DNA of 64,000 nucleotides from the human T2T-CHM13v2.0 reference genome, Homo sapiens, in assembly GCF_009914755.1 (NCBI RefSeq), contig NC_060943.1; one strand, written 5' to 3'. Position 1 is the first letter of the stretch; each line of letters begins with the position of its first letter. Below the pieces are notes generated by a model. The model was not told where the DNA came from, did not search any database, and was given only the letters and a program-made list of their open reading frames with translations. The position numbers and the translations under genes are program-made. Positions 62,314 through 64,000 of this stretch are shown one piece after another.

Positions 62314-62387
62314 ACAATCAAAATTGTCTCCAGACATTGCCAAATAGCCCTTTGGGAGCAAAATCGACCCCAGTTAAGAACCACTGC
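62314..62387 (+). mobile_element. MER20 3' fragment about 85 bp upstream of exon 9
   Basis: tgtctccagacattgccaaat...gcaaaatcgaccccagttaagaaccactg. Confidence 0.75.
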
Positions 62388-62470
62388 CCTAGACTGCTTT
62401 TAGAATTTTTTTTTCCCTCTATTCCTCTTAAAGCACTTGAGCTAAACCCTCTTTTCATTTTTCTCCCCAG

Positions 62471-62563
62471 GCCCTGTCTCAGCGGGACCCTCCTCACAAC
62501 AACTTCTTCTTCTTCGATGGCATGAAGGGGAATGGGATTGTGGAGTGCCTTGGCCCCAAGTGA
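62471..62563 (+). CDS. SAE1: SAE1 terminal coding exon (exon 9): ALSQRDPPHNNFFFFDGMKGNGIVECLGPK*
   Basis: Acceptor tttttctccccag| and stop TGA at 62561-62563. Contains the E1-family NxFFFDG motif. Confidence 0.97.
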   Translation, partial: ALSQRDPPHNNFFFFDGMKGNGIVECLGPK

Positions 62564-63481
62564 ACTCAAGATTTGGCAGCCCCAGAGATGCCAACTGCAG
62601 CATGCCCACCTGTATTCCCTGTCCCCTTCCTTCATGAAGGCATCTCCAGGCAAGGAAAACTGAAGTCATTGGCCCGATACAAAACATTTCCTGCAACGAA
62701 GGAGGTGGTGCCGACGTGCTGCTTCCCATCACCAGCAGCTGCTCGACAAGGGGCGCAGGGTGGCTGTCTTTGTTCCAGCACTGTTCAGGCTGCCTGTCAT
62801 CCCGGGCCTGCCAGCTCCCCTGAGTGATGAGCACTTCCAAGCACCCCTCTGCCCTTTCTCTGTCCTTATGCTGTCCCGGCCTCGCCAGCCCTCTGGGGCA
62901 TTGTGGGAGATGCCTGCCAGGAATGAGCAAGCTCTGTTGCTCGGGAGCCTCTTGTCACCTTCTTGGACTTATTCCCCACCTGATACCTTATAGAGAAAAG
63001 TGTGAATTCAGGTGGAGAGTAGGCCCAGGCCCCATGAGGCACCAGTGGAAGCACAGCTCCAAGTTCAGACAGGTGCCCTTAGAGAGGAAAACCATGACAG
63101 GCAAATGCATTTCCTCTGGAGTTTGAGACCCTGACAAACAACAGGTGGCATCTGGTGTGCTGTTCTTGAGTTTTCGTTTAGGATTAGTTGAGTTCCAGCT
63201 GGGTTTTGGGAGAAAGGAGATGCTACCAAGTCTTGGATGTTAGGGCGAGACCCTGCAAGTTGAGTATTAGAGAGCTTGTCTTTCAAGGCAGGTTCCTGGG
63301 GCTTCAGGGCTAGGAGGGAGGAGCCTGCCCTTTTAACAGAACCCCAGTCACATGCGGCTCAAGTCACTCAGAGGCTGTTGCATTTCAGGGCTATGTTGGT
63401 CCTTTGTTTACCTCCTAAACCACAGCTGTTTGTGTTTCACATATGTTGTGAATTTTCCTTGGTTCTTTTTAAAGGAATGAT

Positions 63482-63487
63482 AATAAA
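63482..63487 (+). terminator. Proximal polyadenylation signal AATAAA
   Basis: Canonical hexamer with a U-rich upstream tract and a GU/U-rich downstream element (tttgcttgtttttcttcc). Confidence 0.75.
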
Positions 63488-63755
63488 GTTACTTGCTTTA
63501 GGATTTGCTTGTTTTTCTTCCACTTCAGAAGCTTCTGAGAGGGAATGGGATGATCCTACCAGTTGCCTTTTCAGACCTGAGGCTCTAACTCAAGAGATTC
63601 CTCCTCTCCCTCACCATTCCTGCCACCATTTTTTCTGGGTGATGCAGCAAGAGTTAAATTGTTCACATTCTAGAATGTGTAGAAGCTTCTGGCTCCAGTT
63701 GTCTAATGGATAATTCAGCTAAATAGTGGCTATTTTCAGTGGCAAGAATTATAAT

Positions 63756-63761
63756 AATAAA
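63756..63761 (+). terminator. Middle AATAAA (possible minor poly(A) signal)
   Basis: Canonical hexamer with weak downstream context. Confidence 0.4.
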
Positions 63762-63921
63762 GGGAAGTCAAAAGTGATGCTTCATATGCCCCAAGTGCCA
63801 CAGCCGCTACGGGTCAGAGCTTTTATTGGAAGACCAGGTTTGCCTTGATGCAGCCAAAGTGCGTTCCAGTTCACCCCACTCTTGCTTGTGTTTCTTCTTT
63901 ATGTAAATTGTGTGATGTTTC

Positions 63922-63927
63922 AATAAA
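63922..63927 (+). terminator. Distal polyadenylation signal AATAAA
   Basis: Canonical hexamer preceded by TGTA (CFIm motif, 63902-63905) and U/GU-rich sequence. Confidence 0.75.
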
Positions 63928-64000
63928 TCAGTCTCTTTCCTATTCTGATCCTGCAGCAGTTAGTCGGGGAGAAAAGTGGTCTTCACTACAGAAGGGCCTC

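Larger units (their letters stand above)
62564..63950 (+). other. SAE1: SAE1 3'UTR (longest form; end approximate)
   Basis: Alu-free sequence after the stop codon, ending about 20 nt past the distal AATAAA. Confidence 0.8.

Overview
This is primate (very likely human) genomic DNA carrying the 3' part of SAE1 (SUMO-activating enzyme subunit 1, AOS1) on the + strand. Seven coding exons (exons 3-9 by my recollection of the human gene) lie at 3510-3683, 6206-6348, 8423-8522, 23130-23235, 50543-50687, 56983-57052 and 62471-62563. All have GT-AG boundaries and compatible phases. They splice into one open frame, VTPEDPGAQF...GIVECLGPK*, which is residues ~71-346 of the protein as I recall it. A ~1.4 kb 3'UTR with three AATAAA signals follows. 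The introns are very Alu-dense: about 90 copies by eye, roughly 40% of the window, mostly antisense and often nested. Old DNA-transposon (MER2, MER3, MER20, MER58, Tigger4-like), L1M, L2 and MIR relics are also present. Almost all ORFs in the supplied track are Alu artefacts or antisense shadows. I found no new gene system. The best leads are RNA-processing and cis-regulatory: (1) exons 3-5 form a frame-closed, stop-free 417-nt circle bracketed by inverted Alus; (2) a candidate recursive splice site at 14795/14796; (3) a candidate L1-derived poison exon with a duplicated acceptor; (4) two candidate microexons in the last intron; (5) a full-consensus p53 element upstream of exon 4; (6) two motif-dense Alu-free enhancer candidates; (7) a 185-bp near-perfect local Alu duplication with a hairpin junction scar. 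Repeat family names and boundaries are by eye and approximate.
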